From a virus (lineage: Duplodnaviria > Caudoviricetes): DNA of 64,000 nt. Positions 1 to 10,310 of the stretch are shown piece after piece (position 1 is the first letter of the stretch; each line of letters opens with the position of its first letter). The position numbers and the translations under genes are program-made. The notes below the pieces were generated by a model. That model ran no database searches. It worked only from the letters and a program-made list of their open reading frames with translations, and was not told where the DNA came from. The stretch is from positions 96,001 to 160,000 of IMG/VR virus record IMGVR_UViG_3300027804_002812; one strand, written 5' to 3'.

Positions 1-895
1 TTCCATTTAGAACAACTGTAAAACTTATTGATGTATTACCCGTAACATTAACTTGTGGATTATTATTTGTAAGTCCGTGGTCGGCCGATAGAGTTTGACC
101 TGATGACACAGGGAAACTTCCTGTTGGATTAGTTAATGTGATAGATCCAACGTTATCGAAGAAGCTCGTAAATGCTGCGTTTGATGTCGTGTTATTTACA
201 AATCTTGTGTTATAAACTTTTGTTGCGGTCGGAGTTGGTGTTGGAGTTGTTGTTGTAGTGTTGGTAGGAGTAACAGTTGGAGTACTTGTTGGAGTTGATG
301 TTGCAGTTGGTGTAAGTCCCACACTCGCTGTTGGAGTTGCGGTTGGAGTTGCGGTAGATGTGTTAGTTGGTGTTGAAGTTGTTGTTTGGGTTAGAGTGGT
401 TGTTGTTGTTGGAGTTGGTGTTGAAGTGGTTGTTGCTGTTGGAGTTGCGGTTGGTGTTGCCGTAGATGTGTTAGTTGGTGTTGAAGTTGTTGTTTGAGTT
501 GGAGTTTGTGTGGTTGTAACACTTGGAGTTGGTGTAGAGGTTTCAGTATTCGTAGGCGTTGGAGTTGGAGTACCGGTTTGTGTGGTTGTAACACTTGGAG
601 TTGGAGTATTAGTCGCAGTATTAGTCGGTGTTACTGTTGGAGATGGTGTTAGAGTAGGAGATGGTGTTGGAGTGTTTGTTGCCGAAATAGGAGGAAACGC
701 TCCTTGATTGACCAATGATATGACTGACTTAAATGCCGGAGCAACAGTATAGGTACCATCAATAACCCATATATTTTTAGTTTGGTTTTGTAATAATTCA
801 ACTTGATAATCCCAAAGTGAATCGTCACATCTTCTGTAACTGAAGTTAACTATTGTTGAACCTGTGTTCGTGAGTATATATTTACTACATGCCAT
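1..895 (-). CDS. Thr/Pro-repeat (mucin-like) putative virion protein, partial (runs off left edge)
   Basis: Not in the ORF track because it has no stop in the window. ATG at 895 reads [38 protein letters not shown]..., then a long TPTPT/TATPT linker and a further domain. TATTTATA lies 18 nt upstream. Confidence 0.85.
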   Translation of the reverse strand, partial: MACSKYILTNTGSTIVNFSYRRCDDSLWDYQVELLQNQTKNIWVIDGTYTVAPAFKSVISLVNQGAFPPISATNTPTPSPTLTPSPTVTPTNTATNTPTPSVTTTQTGTPTPTPTNTETSTPTPSVTTTQTPTQTTTSTPTNTSTATPTATPTATTTSTPTPTTTTTLTQTTTSTPTNTSTATPTATPTASVGLTPTATSTPTSTPTVTPTNTTTTTPTPTPTATKVYNTRFVNNTTSNAAFTSFFDNVGSITLTNPTGSFPVSSGQTLSADHGLTNNNPQVNVTGNTSISFTVVLNG

Positions 896-913
896 TGTTT
901 TTCTTATTTATCT

Positions 914-921
914 TATAAATA
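914..921 (-). promoter_or_regulatory. TATTTATA motif (putative phage late promoter)
   Basis: 18 nt upstream of ATG 895. Confidence 0.6.
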
Positions 922-978
922 CTACAAAGTTGTACAATTTCCCATAGTTTATCATTAAAAAAAAAAATTGTTCAATTT

Positions 979-1542
979 TCAACAAATTCCTTTGTTTATT
1001 ATTAAAGTTCCACTTAATTGAACAAAAATCGCACCATCAGAAACCGTAAAGAAGTTACCGATTGGTGGGATAGTTAACTCTCTATTTCCATAAACTCTGT
1101 CGCCAACCTCAAGTTCATGAAAAGGTATTGTTGTAAATACCGTGACATTTGCAGGATTTGCGATTTGATTTACCGATTGACAAACATTTTGATACCATCC
1201 ACCGGCGCGTAAATTTCTTTCATATACCGCAGACGGAGTAACGGATGGTGTTGGAGAGTAAGTCGGTGTTGGAGTTTGTGTAATTGATGTTGGGGTTATA
1301 CTTACGGTTGGAGTTACTGATGGAGTGATAGACGGAGTTGGTGTAGCCGTTGGACATAATCCTATGTTTGTAATGTCCAACGGCCCACTATAACTTTCTT
1401 TTACCAAATCTTCTGCACAAACATACTCTGTGTTTAATGGAGATATGGTTCCGACACTTATAATACTAGTACAACCAGTATATCGATAATATCCATTTTC
1501 AACACTATTGTAGTTTATTATTTGGTAATAGTTACATGCCAT
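979..1542 (-). CDS. Cys-containing protein with central Thr/Pro linker, putative virion decoration/fibre protein
   Basis: 187 aa with a PTATPTPSITPSVTPT... linker. Starts MAC like the adjacent gene and is in the same operon. Confidence 0.75.
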   Translation of the reverse strand: MACNYYQIINYNSVENGYYRYTGCTSIISVGTISPLNTEYVCAEDLVKESYSGPLDITNIGLCPTATPTPSITPSVTPTVSITPTSITQTPTPTYSPTPSVTPSAVYERNLRAGGWYQNVCQSVNQIANPANVTVFTTIPFHELEVGDRVYGNRELTIPPIGNFFTVSDGAIFVQLSGTLIINKGIC

Positions 1543-1543
1543 A

Positions 1544-3928
1544 TTATACTTGTGATATTGTTACAATAACTGATGGTGTTGCAGGTTTTGCGTATGGTGT
1601 TGTTTGTACTGGTTCACCTAACAACTCATAGGTAATATCTGCAGAGGCCCAAACAATTTCAAGATAATCGTTAGCATTCATTGATTCCGCAATATTCCAA
1701 GCTGCAACAAGTTTACCGTAAGCACCTTGTTTTGCAACTTGCATTTCCGTATTTGAGTTTGCTAAATCAACACCATTCTTTCTAAACCAAATCGCCACTT
1801 CATCGGTATTACTTGAGGTTTTACTTAGTTGAGCTGAGAATTGAAGGTTATAAACCCCTGTGTTTAATACCACAAATCTTGTACTTGCACTTAATACAAC
1901 ACCGCTAGACAACGTAGTAGTGTTTGCACTCATAACTTGCGGTGTATTAACAGTGCTTAATGGTTGTGTTCCACTATCAAAAAACGCCCCGTAAGATTTT
2001 GTTGTTCCTGAAGGAGATACTCCTGAAGACCCACTAGTTCCTGAAGAACCTGATGTACCTGTAGAACCGCTAGTTCCTGATGAACCAGATGTGCCTGTAG
2101 AACCTGAACTTCCTGAAGAACCGCTAGTTCCTGATGTTCCAGAACTTCCTGAAGAACCGCTAGTTCCTGATGTTCCACTAGATCCAGAAGTCCCACTAGT
2201 TCCTGATGTTCCATTTGTTCCTGATGTTCCAGAACTTCCTGAAGAACCGCTAGTTCCTGATGTTCCAGAACTTCCTGAAGAACCGCTAGTTCCTGATGTT
2301 CCAGAAGTACCACTTGATCCGTCAGTTCCCGAACTACCGCTAGTTCCTGATGTGCCAGAAGAACCATCACCACCAGCGGCCCCCTCTAAATTCACTAACC
2401 ACGTAGAATAACTTCCGGATCCAATAATGCCAGTAACATTAACAACCATATTACCATTTGATGGATTGTAACTCACTACCGTACCAATCATATGGTTTGA
2501 AAGGTCATAGGCAATAATAACGTCTTGTGCAATACTATATCCTAAATTAGTTCCAACTACAAAAGTTCCAGTACTACCTGTTTGAATTGGTAATAAAGTT
2601 GACGATGTTGTTCGATATAAGTCTCCTGCGAGACCGCTAGAACCTGACGTTCCACTTGTACCAGAAGATCCATTAGAACCTGATGTTCCACTTGTTCCTG
2701 ATGAACCAGAAGTACCTGACGTTCCATTTGTACCTGAAGTACCAGAAGTTCCTGACGTTCCATTTGTACCGCTAGTTCCACTCGATCCTGCACCACCAAT
2801 CACTCCAATTGTTCCACCTGTTATTCCAATCGTAATATTATCTGGTCTTACACCTCCAATTTTTGATATAGTCGCGGTCCCAAGATATGCTGTTTCTTGA
2901 ATACTATTGTCACCAAATTTAATTGTAGACCCACTTTGTGGTATAGTTATTCCTGATGGATTTATTATGAAAGATAATGAACCTTGATATTCATTTGGTT
3001 TTGTAGCATAAAATCTGAATTCAGTTGGAGTACTTGTCGCACTGAAGGTACCTAAAGAATACATATCCATAAACGTGTGAGGTAAATCCCCTGGAATACC
3101 GAAACCTGATTCAGTTGTCCAACCTACACCAGCAAATCTTGCAATTGGCCCTACTTTGGTATTTGTTGGAAATTGCGCGGTACCTCCCGCATGTCGACCA
3201 CCAAATTGACTAAATCGTGTGTCTCCATAACTATCGTTAACAATTCTACTTACTTGGTTATCGTGACCAGTCACGTGAATCATTCCACCAGGATTCACAG
3301 GTGGAGCAGAATACCCCCCATCATTTCCTATAATTTCAAAAACCGAAGCATTATTTGGATTTTGGTACGAAGACGTGATAAAAACTTGTCCATTGGGATC
3401 AACTCTAAAAACACCGAGATCCACTGTCTGTCCACTTATTCCTTCGACAATCAAACCACCTGATTGAACCCTCAAAAAATTAAATAAATTACTCAAGGTT
3501 ACGGTATTACCTGAAGGAGAGTCAGGTAATAGTTTCAAACTGGCATTCCCTAAAATAACATCACTCCAAGGATGTTCAACTGAACCCAAAGAATTACCGC
3601 TAAAAAAAGGTAAGAAATTTCCATTAAGAAACATATCTCCATTTCCTGGAATTATGAGTAAATTTTCATTTGTTATACCTGAAATTGTGTTACCCGATAA
3701 AACTATTGCATTTGTATAAATAGATTTTAAGGAATTCAATAAGTCCCCTATTTGGTAAGTATTGTCAGTATCAGGAATCAAATTTTGAACCATAACCCCA
3801 AAAGGGGAACTTTTCCATAAATCCTGAATGTTCATATTATAGGTTACACCACTAGCAACAATTGGAATTAACGAAGTGTTGGTTGATGCTGTTAAGTTAG
3901 GTAATCCTGATATTGGTAAATTAGGCAT
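1544..3928 (-). CDS. Collagen-like (Gly-Thr/Ser-Ser) fibre protein with C-terminal C1q/BclA-like domain
   Basis: Two uninterrupted G-X-Y blocks (GTS/GSS/GTN). The C-terminus has YGAF...GVYNLQFSAQL...NDYLEIVW, typical of C1q/BclA_C beta-sandwich heads. The N-terminus has a PISGLP...IPIV motif seen in fibre proteins. Confidence 0.75.
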   Translation of the reverse strand: MPNLPISGLPNLTASTNTSLIPIVASGVTYNMNIQDLWKSSPFGVMVQNLIPDTDNTYQIGDLLNSLKSIYTNAIVLSGNTISGITNENLLIIPGNGDMFLNGNFLPFFSGNSLGSVEHPWSDVILGNASLKLLPDSPSGNTVTLSNLFNFLRVQSGGLIVEGISGQTVDLGVFRVDPNGQVFITSSYQNPNNASVFEIIGNDGGYSAPPVNPGGMIHVTGHDNQVSRIVNDSYGDTRFSQFGGRHAGGTAQFPTNTKVGPIARFAGVGWTTESGFGIPGDLPHTFMDMYSLGTFSATSTPTEFRFYATKPNEYQGSLSFIINPSGITIPQSGSTIKFGDNSIQETAYLGTATISKIGGVRPDNITIGITGGTIGVIGGAGSSGTSGTNGTSGTSGTSGTNGTSGTSGSSGTSGTSGSNGSSGTSGTSGSSGLAGDLYRTTSSTLLPIQTGSTGTFVVGTNLGYSIAQDVIIAYDLSNHMIGTVVSYNPSNGNMVVNVTGIIGSGSYSTWLVNLEGAAGGDGSSGTSGTSGSSGTDGSSGTSGTSGTSGSSGSSGTSGTSGSSGSSGTSGTNGTSGTSGTSGSSGTSGTSGSSGSSGTSGTSGSSGSSGSTGTSGSSGTSGSTGTSGSSGTSGSSGVSPSGTTKSYGAFFDSGTQPLSTVNTPQVMSANTTTLSSGVVLSASTRFVVLNTGVYNLQFSAQLSKTSSNTDEVAIWFRKNGVDLANSNTEMQVAKQGAYGKLVAAWNIAESMNANDYLEIVWASADITYELLGEPVQTTPYAKPATPSVIVTISQV
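2018..2383 (-). repeat. G-X-Y (GTS/GSS) coding repeat, about 40 triplets
   Basis: Tandem 9-bp-unit repeats such as GTTCCTGAT/GAACCGCTA on the plus strand, encoding GSSGTSGTS... Confidence 0.95.
2623..2796 (-). repeat. G-X-Y (GTS/GTN/GSS) coding repeat, about 18 triplets
   Basis: First collagen-like block of the 794-aa protein. Confidence 0.9.
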
Positions 3929-3941
3929 TTTCTTTTTATTT

Positions 3942-3949
3942 TATAAATA
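3942..3949 (-). promoter_or_regulatory. TATTTATA motif
   Basis: 13 nt upstream of ATG 3928. Confidence 0.6.
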
Positions 3950-3955
3950 TTGTTT

Positions 3956-6391
3956 TTATGTCACAATTATGTTGAACCCATCTTCTTGTTGTATTGTAAA
4001 ATAATCTTCTTGTGCTAAAAAGATAAATCCAGTTGGAGTTGGAGTTTGTGTAAATGTCGGTGTAGGAGTTGGTGTTCCAGTGTTAGTAGGTGTTACGGTT
4101 GGTGTTGGAGTTTTGGTTGCGGTTTGAGTATTAGTTTGGGTTACAGAAGGAGTATTAGTTGGAGTTGTAGTTGATGTTGGAGTTTTGGTTGCAGTTTGAG
4201 TATTAGTTGGGGTTTGGGTATTAGTTGGGGTTACAGAAGGAGTATTAGTTGGAGTTGGTGTAGATGTTTCAGTTGCGGTTGGAGTTTGTCCAACACTTGC
4301 TGTTGGGGTAACTGTTGACGTTTGAGTCACAGTTTGAGAAGGTGTCTGAGTTGGAGTTTCTGTATTTGTTGGAGTTACTGTTGGTGTTGGAGTTTGTGTT
4401 TCTGTAGCGGTCGGAGTTTGTCCAACACTAGCGGTTGGAGTCACACTTGCAGTTTGACTTGGAGTTTGTGTTGGAGTTTGTGTATTTGTTGGAGTTGGAG
4501 TTGTACTCGAAGTTGGGGTCGGACTCGGAAGAATAACAAAACAATCAGGACATTTTGGATCTAATAATCCATATCTTGTTTTTAACAATTTGAAATTATG
4601 CCAAACTTGTGACGCATTCAACGGTTCAACATACATTCTAAACGCACTGACATCACCAATCATACTACCACCAAAATATTCTTCTAACTTAATATGTGTG
4701 GTTAGTCCTGAGTATATTGTATTATCTAAATCGTCAGTTGTTAAACATTCGGGGTCTTGTTGATACGTAATCCCACTAATAGATTCTGGACATCCTCCCG
4801 AGAATGTTAAATTATCTTTAAGACCTTGAGTACCTCCACCCAAAGAAATATTATATCCAACACCAATTTGTTTTTCTCGTTCAACATCTAACAATCTTGG
4901 AATAATTTCTTCAAAGTTCTCGGCAACCATAAACAACTTGCCGTTTACGAATATTTTGAGAGTTCCTAATCTATATTTTTTTTCTTCGGTCCAATTATCA
5001 TTGAATGTAACAATTTCAGTTGTTGCCGGATCGTAAGGTAACTCATGAGTCAGTGGAGGTTCAATCAAACTAACACTATTGTTTGCTGGTGTTGCAGTAT
5101 AAATGGTATCAACAAGAAGACCCAACCCTCCCTTCTCATAAAGGTCACACGTATCTAACCATTGATTTCTTTGAAAGACAGCATCAATTTGAACCCAATG
5201 TTCCAACTGAATATATGGAGTATTTTTACAATCGTCAAAAATTCCTCGTGTTGAACACCATTCTGTAACTGATGTTCCTGTGTGATAAGTTAATCCTGTT
5301 TGACAAGTTCCTGTTGTTTCACAACCTCCAGTTATTGTATAGGTTTTTATACATAATCTCGGATTACCACTATCACCACTTAACCTTAATGAAAGTCCAT
5401 TTGATACTCCATCATATAAAGGATCTTTTTCAGCATATTTGGCGGTTACGCTACAATTACAAGGACAACCGCAATTACAATTCGTTGAAGTACCTCCTGA
5501 TATTTGATAAACTTCTAAACAAGTCGACGCAGTATTTGCTGAACTTGAACATCCACAAGTGTGCATACAAGTTAATCCTGACGTAACTCTTGTATATCCT
5601 GTATCTTGTTTAGGTGACCCATCGGCATAATGGTAGAATTTGTTTTCCGCTCTCGAACCCATATAAAAGAACGTACCTTTATTATTAGGGTATCGATTGT
5701 TCAGTCCTACACTTGTATCTCCTGTCCATCGGTATCTTAACATGAACTCCGCAGTCCATCCTAAAGGAACTCTCTGTGGAAAAATTTGATAATCATATCC
5801 AGGTATTTTATAAAACCCTTGAAAAAACCCACCATTTAGCCGAGCAAAATATCCTACCGCACCACCATCAGTTGCATAGTTCAAATCGTAACTATAAGAA
5901 TCATCATTCCATAGTCGGTTTTGTGTTGTAGTAAATCCTGTGATAGGATGAAGTTTCATTCTCCTATCGTATTTGTATCGACTATATTTGTCTGTATTGT
6001 TTGTGTAAAGCCCTGTAGTTATTTGTATTGTCTCACCTGACATTTTTTTAACCAAGCCATTATCAATACCGGTCAAACCAACATCACATAAGTCAGTAAC
6101 CTTTGGACAAAAGTTAGGGTCAATGTCATCAGGATTCCAATAATTTTCAGAAACAATTACGTCATTATCAAAAGTACATGAACCTGATTGGCATATCGTT
6201 GTACCCGTACTATTGAAATCAAATCTAAATGGCATTCTATTTCCATCGACTTCACCTATTAATAATGGTGAAAAAATTACCTCTTGGTCATAGTCCTTCT
6301 CGTCTGAAGCCAAACAGATATCGGTAATTTCGTTGACAGGTTTAATACCCCAACGTCTAAAATTATACTGATTAATATTTTGATATGCCAT
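3956..6391 (-). CDS. Cys-rich LamG/concanavalin-like domain protein with long C-terminal Thr/Pro repeat
   Basis: LamG-like segments ([36 protein letters not shown]...QVWHNF) and many Cys. The ~160-aa TPT linker includes a 132-bp duplication (near 4281 and 4413). Ends [14 protein letters not shown]. Confidence 0.7.
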   Translation of the reverse strand: MAYQNINQYNFRRWGIKPVNEITDICLASDEKDYDQEVIFSPLLIGEVDGNRMPFRFDFNSTGTTICQSGSCTFDNDVIVSENYWNPDDIDPNFCPKVTDLCDVGLTGIDNGLVKKMSGETIQITTGLYTNNTDKYSRYKYDRRMKLHPITGFTTTQNRLWNDDSYSYDLNYATDGGAVGYFARLNGGFFQGFYKIPGYDYQIFPQRVPLGWTAEFMLRYRWTGDTSVGLNNRYPNNKGTFFYMGSRAENKFYHYADGSPKQDTGYTRVTSGLTCMHTCGCSSSANTASTCLEVYQISGGTSTNCNCGCPCNCSVTAKYAEKDPLYDGVSNGLSLRLSGDSGNPRLCIKTYTITGGCETTGTCQTGLTYHTGTSVTEWCSTRGIFDDCKNTPYIQLEHWVQIDAVFQRNQWLDTCDLYEKGGLGLLVDTIYTATPANNSVSLIEPPLTHELPYDPATTEIVTFNDNWTEEKKYRLGTLKIFVNGKLFMVAENFEEIIPRLLDVEREKQIGVGYNISLGGGTQGLKDNLTFSGGCPESISGITYQQDPECLTTDDLDNTIYSGLTTHIKLEEYFGGSMIGDVSAFRMYVEPLNASQVWHNFKLLKTRYGLLDPKCPDCFVILPSPTPTSSTTPTPTNTQTPTQTPSQTASVTPTASVGQTPTATETQTPTPTVTPTNTETPTQTPSQTVTQTSTVTPTASVGQTPTATETSTPTPTNTPSVTPTNTQTPTNTQTATKTPTSTTTPTNTPSVTQTNTQTATKTPTPTVTPTNTGTPTPTPTFTQTPTPTGFIFLAQEDYFTIQQEDGFNIIVT

Positions 6392-6420
6392 AAACTAATG
6401 ATAAATACCTTATGTCATAG

Positions 6421-6428
6421 TATTTATA
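6421..6428 (+). promoter_or_regulatory. TATTTATA motif
   Basis: 15 nt upstream of ATG 6444. A TATTTAT copy on the minus strand (6401-6407) serves the divergent gene. Confidence 0.6.
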
Positions 6429-6443
6429 GATAAAAAATGCGCT

Positions 6444-7265
6444 ATGATTCCTGTAGATACTGAATTTTTTTCATCACCATATTATTTCTTGATGAGAGAC
6501 AAGGGAAATAAGTATTCGTTATATTTCTCTGTTGAGAATACTTTGACCGAAGCACGTAAAAAAGATGAGGTCATTCACTTCTCAAAAGAAAAAGGTGAAA
6601 AAGTAAAAAAACATTTGAAAAAAGTTGCAAAAGAAAAGAAAATCAAAGATACAAAAACTTTGAAGACTGACTTAGAGGAACTAGTAAATTCTGATGGAAG
6701 TATGTCAAACTCCAAAATTCCAATTTTGGACCCAAGATTACATCCAAGAAAAACTATGGACCAGACTGTTTCAGCAGCACGTATCACAAACGACCCAATT
6801 TCTCGTGGATATAGAACATACTACGGAGAAAGTGAAGTTAAGGAAATCGATATGTCTGGAGCTTTTGGATACGAAGAAACTGAAGACATGGACGGTAAAG
6901 AAACCTATGAATTTTTGGTTAAAGACATGGGTATGGAACCAGATGAAGCGAAGGAAAGAACAAAACAACAAGGAAAAGATCCGTCGGGTAAAAAAGATAA
7001 AAAGTCAGAATATTACGAAGACCCCAATTTCATAACAAGAGCAACTTTATCTGAAATTCAAAAACAGAAGGCAATTAAGGTGGTTGAAGATATGTTGGCA
7101 AAAAAGAAAGATTCTAATTCTGCTGACGTTGGAAAAAAGGATACCCCAAAAGATTTAGATAATTTATCTCCAGTATTGAAAAAAAATCTTCAGTCTTTAT
7201 TGAAACAAGCTGAGAAACACGGATTTTCTAAAAAAGATTTAATTAAAATAATTCAAGGTGAATAA
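6444..7265 (+). CDS. hypothetical phage protein
   Basis: 273-aa ORF, first in the plus-strand block, preceded by TATTTATA. Confidence 0.8.
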   Translation: MIPVDTEFFSSPYYFLMRDKGNKYSLYFSVENTLTEARKKDEVIHFSKEKGEKVKKHLKKVAKEKKIKDTKTLKTDLEELVNSDGSMSNSKIPILDPRLHPRKTMDQTVSAARITNDPISRGYRTYYGESEVKEIDMSGAFGYEETEDMDGKETYEFLVKDMGMEPDEAKERTKQQGKDPSGKKDKKSEYYEDPNFITRATLSEIQKQKAIKVVEDMLAKKKDSNSADVGKKDTPKDLDNLSPVLKKNLQSLLKQAEKHGFSKKDLIKIIQGE

Positions 7266-7734
7266 CGATTTATATAATTCGGCAAAAGGCGAAATTGAAT
7301 TTCCATCAACCATGAGGGACCATATGAAAAAATGTTTCCACATGGTTAAAGGTGCCGATGAGAATACAGAAGGATTTAACCGTAACAAAGAATTACAGGA
7401 TAAAAATTTTATAGAGTACAAACAATTAAAAAGAATAAAAAACTTTTTTGACAATTTTATAGGTAATCATAAGGAACCTTCATTCATTTTGAATGGTGGT
7501 GTTGAAATGAAAAATTGGGTTAATAATGAGTTACGGAAAATGAGGGATTATACCAAAATGACCAAAACAAATAAAATGGATGCAGGAATGCAGAATCAAT
7601 TTATTAAACCTCATGAGAAAAAAGATTTTACCAATGTTAGACCATCACAACAACACGCAAACACCTTTAACAAATATGATGCGGCGGTAACCGAAAGTCT
7701 TAAAAGAATAAACGAAATAATGAAACAATTATAA
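7258..7734 (+). CDS. hypothetical phage protein
   Basis: 158-aa ORF overlapping the upstream stop. Confidence 0.8.
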   Translation: MNNDLYNSAKGEIEFPSTMRDHMKKCFHMVKGADENTEGFNRNKELQDKNFIEYKQLKRIKNFFDNFIGNHKEPSFILNGGVEMKNWVNNELRKMRDYTKMTKTNKMDAGMQNQFIKPHEKKDFTNVRPSQQHANTFNKYDAAVTESLKRINEIMKQL

Positions 7735-7736
7735 TT

Positions 7737-8030
7737 ATGGCAAACGAACTTGCAATCGATTTATCACAAGATATACCAAATGCATTGACTGCAATTGGTG
7801 ATGTGGAAAGAGCTAAATTAATCCCTAAAAACGACTATAATGCAGTTGGTAATGAATATTCATCTGTAAACAGAGACGCTGTTGCTGATGGTGATTCTAT
7901 GGGTAGAGGTACGGGAACATTTTTGGATGTTTATAATGTCAACGCTGGAACTATCACAGACGTTGTTGAAAGAAAAAATGAAATAAAAATTAACAAATTT
8001 AATTCATCAAAAACTTATCCTAACTTTTAA
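7737..8030 (+). CDS. hypothetical phage protein
   Basis: 97-aa ORF tightly packed in the operon (TAATG coupling to the next gene). Confidence 0.75.
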   Translation: MANELAIDLSQDIPNALTAIGDVERAKLIPKNDYNAVGNEYSSVNRDAVADGDSMGRGTGTFLDVYNVNAGTITDVVERKNEIKINKFNSSKTYPNF

Positions 8031-8410
8031 TGAAATTACAAGAGACACTTAAAGGTTTAATTTGTGAAATCGCTTCTGTCGATAGCGTCGTTAACGCTAT
8101 TAAAAACAAACAGAAAGTGGTTATTTATTACGATGGTGATGAACCAGGTGGTAGAGGATTAAGAGAAATTGAACCTGTGTGTTTAGGTACAAGTAAAGCG
8201 GGAAACAAAGTATTACGAGCGTGGGATGAGGAAGGTTCATCTCACACAGCCTACAAAGGAGAACAACCTTTACCGGGATGGAGACTTTTTAGATTAGACA
8301 AAATTCTATCTCTTAAACCAACTGGAGAAAATTTCACAGAAATGAAACCAAATTTCAATCCAAATGGTGACAAAAGTATGACTTCGATTATTATTATAGC
8401 AAAATTCTAA
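8030..8410 (+). CDS. stand-alone WYL-domain protein
   Basis: AIKNKQKVVIYY...REIEPVCLG...VLRAWDE...WRLFRLDKI matches the WYL Sm-like fold. No HTH domain. Confidence 0.8.
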   Translation: MKLQETLKGLICEIASVDSVVNAIKNKQKVVIYYDGDEPGGRGLREIEPVCLGTSKAGNKVLRAWDEEGSSHTAYKGEQPLPGWRLFRLDKILSLKPTGENFTEMKPNFNPNGDKSMTSIIIIAKF

Positions 8411-8412
8411 TT

Positions 8413-9036
8413 ATGGACCAATTAATGCAAAAACTTATGATATCTAAAGCCATTATGGATAAGACTGATGGTATCAAAAGAACTGATAATAGAGAAATGA
8501 ATTCCCCATCAAACATGGTGGAAACATTCAATATGCCACAAGCAAAGTACAATATACCTCAAGAATTCTTACAGGAACAACCTTCGATGCAACAAATGAG
8601 CCAACCTTATTTGTCATCACTACCAGTAGAAAATACCAAACCAGTTGGAGTTCCTACCATAGATGCAATTAAGAACTCAAGGCTTCCTGACGAGATTAAA
8701 AAACTCATGATGGAACATCCAATATCTCAACCACAACAGGCAAACCCAACTTTGTCAAGCGACTTGGTAGAAAGAGCCTCAAGATTGATGAAAGAAAATC
8801 CAAGTGGATATGTTCCAGAATCCGCAAAACCAAAACAACAAACACAGACATCCCAACCAACAGGAAATATTGACTACAAGGTTTTACAGAAAATGATTAA
8901 TGAAGCGGTCAACAATGCTCTAAAAGAGAATGGATTGTTAATGGAATCATCAGAAAAGACCAATGAAGTTTTTAGTTTCAAAGTAGGTAAACATATATTT
9001 GAAGGTAAGGTAACCAAGATTAAAAAGTTATCCTAA
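8413..9036 (+). CDS. hypothetical phage protein
   Basis: 207-aa Q/P-rich ORF. Confidence 0.75.
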   Translation: MDQLMQKLMISKAIMDKTDGIKRTDNREMNSPSNMVETFNMPQAKYNIPQEFLQEQPSMQQMSQPYLSSLPVENTKPVGVPTIDAIKNSRLPDEIKKLMMEHPISQPQQANPTLSSDLVERASRLMKENPSGYVPESAKPKQQTQTSQPTGNIDYKVLQKMINEAVNNALKENGLLMESSEKTNEVFSFKVGKHIFEGKVTKIKKLS

Positions 9037-9089
9037 CCACTTTTCTTATTTGACATAAAAACTTATACTTTGGAGTATATTCTAAATTT

Positions 9090-10310
9090 ATGTCAAAAAT
9101 TAAAGTTTTAGTTGTCCCTTCTGACCGATCTGGTGTTGGTAAATTCCGTTCGGTCGATCCACACATTTTTCTTCAAAATCAATATCCCGATGAGTTTCAC
9201 GTAGACATTGTCTATGAACCACCATACGAGGATATGAATTTTTGGACTCAATACCAAATAGTTGCTTACCATAGAAGTATTGGATCTGATTTTGATAAGG
9301 CAAACAGGTTAATCCAAATGTTAAACTCTTTAGGAGTCGTAACCGTTTGCGATATTGACGATTATTGGATGCCAGGTAAAGAACATCCTATTCACGATAT
9401 CATTCGAGTTAATAAAATTAACGAAAAGATTGTTGCCAACCTTAAGGTCTCTAAATTTGTAACAACCACTACTGAAATATTCGCCGACGAAATACGGAAA
9501 TACAATAAAAACGTTATTGTATTTCCGAACGCCATTAATCCAAACGAAGCTCAATTCAAAGAGAAAACTGAAGAATCGGACAAAGTTAGAATTGGATGGT
9601 TAGGTGGTTCATCTCACTTACATGATATTCAATTATTAGATTCAGGGTTTTCCAAACTATTACATCTCAAAGATAAAGTACAATATGTATTGTGTGGGTT
9701 TGACACTAGAGGAACTGTAACTGAAATCAATGCCCAAACAGGTGAACAAACAAAAAGAAATATTTTGCCATCAGAGACTGTATGGGCAAGATATGAAGAA
9801 ATTTTCACACAAAATTATAAAATAGTTTCAGAAGGATACAAAAATCATCTTCTAAAATATAACCAAGAAGAATACCTTGGTGATAGTGGAGAATCGTATC
9901 TCCGAGTTTGGACAAAACCAGTTACAGGTTACGCTAAAAACTATTCTAAATTTGACGTTTCCTTGTCTCCTATCAAAAACACAATGTTCAATAGAATGAA
10001 ATCACAACTCAAAGTAATTGAGGCTGGTTTCTATAAAAAAGCATTAATTGCTTCAAACATCGGACCTTACACTATTGATTTGAAACATTGCTTGGATAAC
10101 GGAAATTTTGTAGATGGAAATGCGATTTTAGTTAATGAGGCTAGAAATCATGCGGATTGGGCAAAATTCATCGAAAAATTAGTTAAGAACCCAAATCTCA
10201 TTAAGGATATGGGTGAAAGGTTGTATGAAACAGTAAAAGACAAATATGACTTGAATAACGTCACTAAGGATAGAAAACAATTTTATATAGATATTGCCAA
10301 TAAATCATGA
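9090..10310 (+). CDS. glycosyltransferase (GT-B, GT4-like)
   Basis: DIDDYW, RIGWLGGSSHLHD, NRMKSQLKVIEAG, ALIAS motifs. Confidence 0.8.
   Translation: MSKIKVLVVPSDRSGVGKFRSVDPHIFLQNQYPDEFHVDIVYEPPYEDMNFWTQYQIVAYHRSIGSDFDKANRLIQMLNSLGVVTVCDIDDYWMPGKEHPIHDIIRVNKINEKIVANLKVSKFVTTTTEIFADEIRKYNKNVIVFPNAINPNEAQFKEKTEESDKVRIGWLGGSSHLHDIQLLDSGFSKLLHLKDKVQYVLCGFDTRGTVTEINAQTGEQTKRNILPSETVWARYEEIFTQNYKIVSEGYKNHLLKYNQEEYLGDSGESYLRVWTKPVTGYAKNYSKFDVSLSPIKNTMFNRMKSQLKVIEAGFYKKALIASNIGPYTIDLKHCLDNGNFVDGNAILVNEARNHADWAKFIEKLVKNPNLIKDMGERLYETVKDKYDLNNVTKDRKQFYIDIANKS

Noticed and set aside
258-707. Plus-strand Val/Gly-rich ORFs (258-497, 510-707) and minus-strand 391-594
   Set aside because: Shadow frames of the Thr/Pro repeat in the real minus-strand gene 1-895
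2018-2796. Possible CRISPR array or DGR-type repeat
   Set aside because: The repeats are contiguous in-frame 9-bp codon units with no unique spacers, and no cas or reverse transcriptase gene is present
1957-2799. ORFs 1957-2373, 2091-2411 and 2557-2799 with repetitive PEEPLVPDV/HQELAVLQ sequences
   Set aside because: Alternative and antisense frames of the Gly-Thr-Ser repeat
9049-9081. TTGACA-type promoter before the first GT gene
   Set aside because: The spacing to candidate -10 boxes (8 or 20 nt) fits neither sigma70 nor the Bacteroidota consensus well
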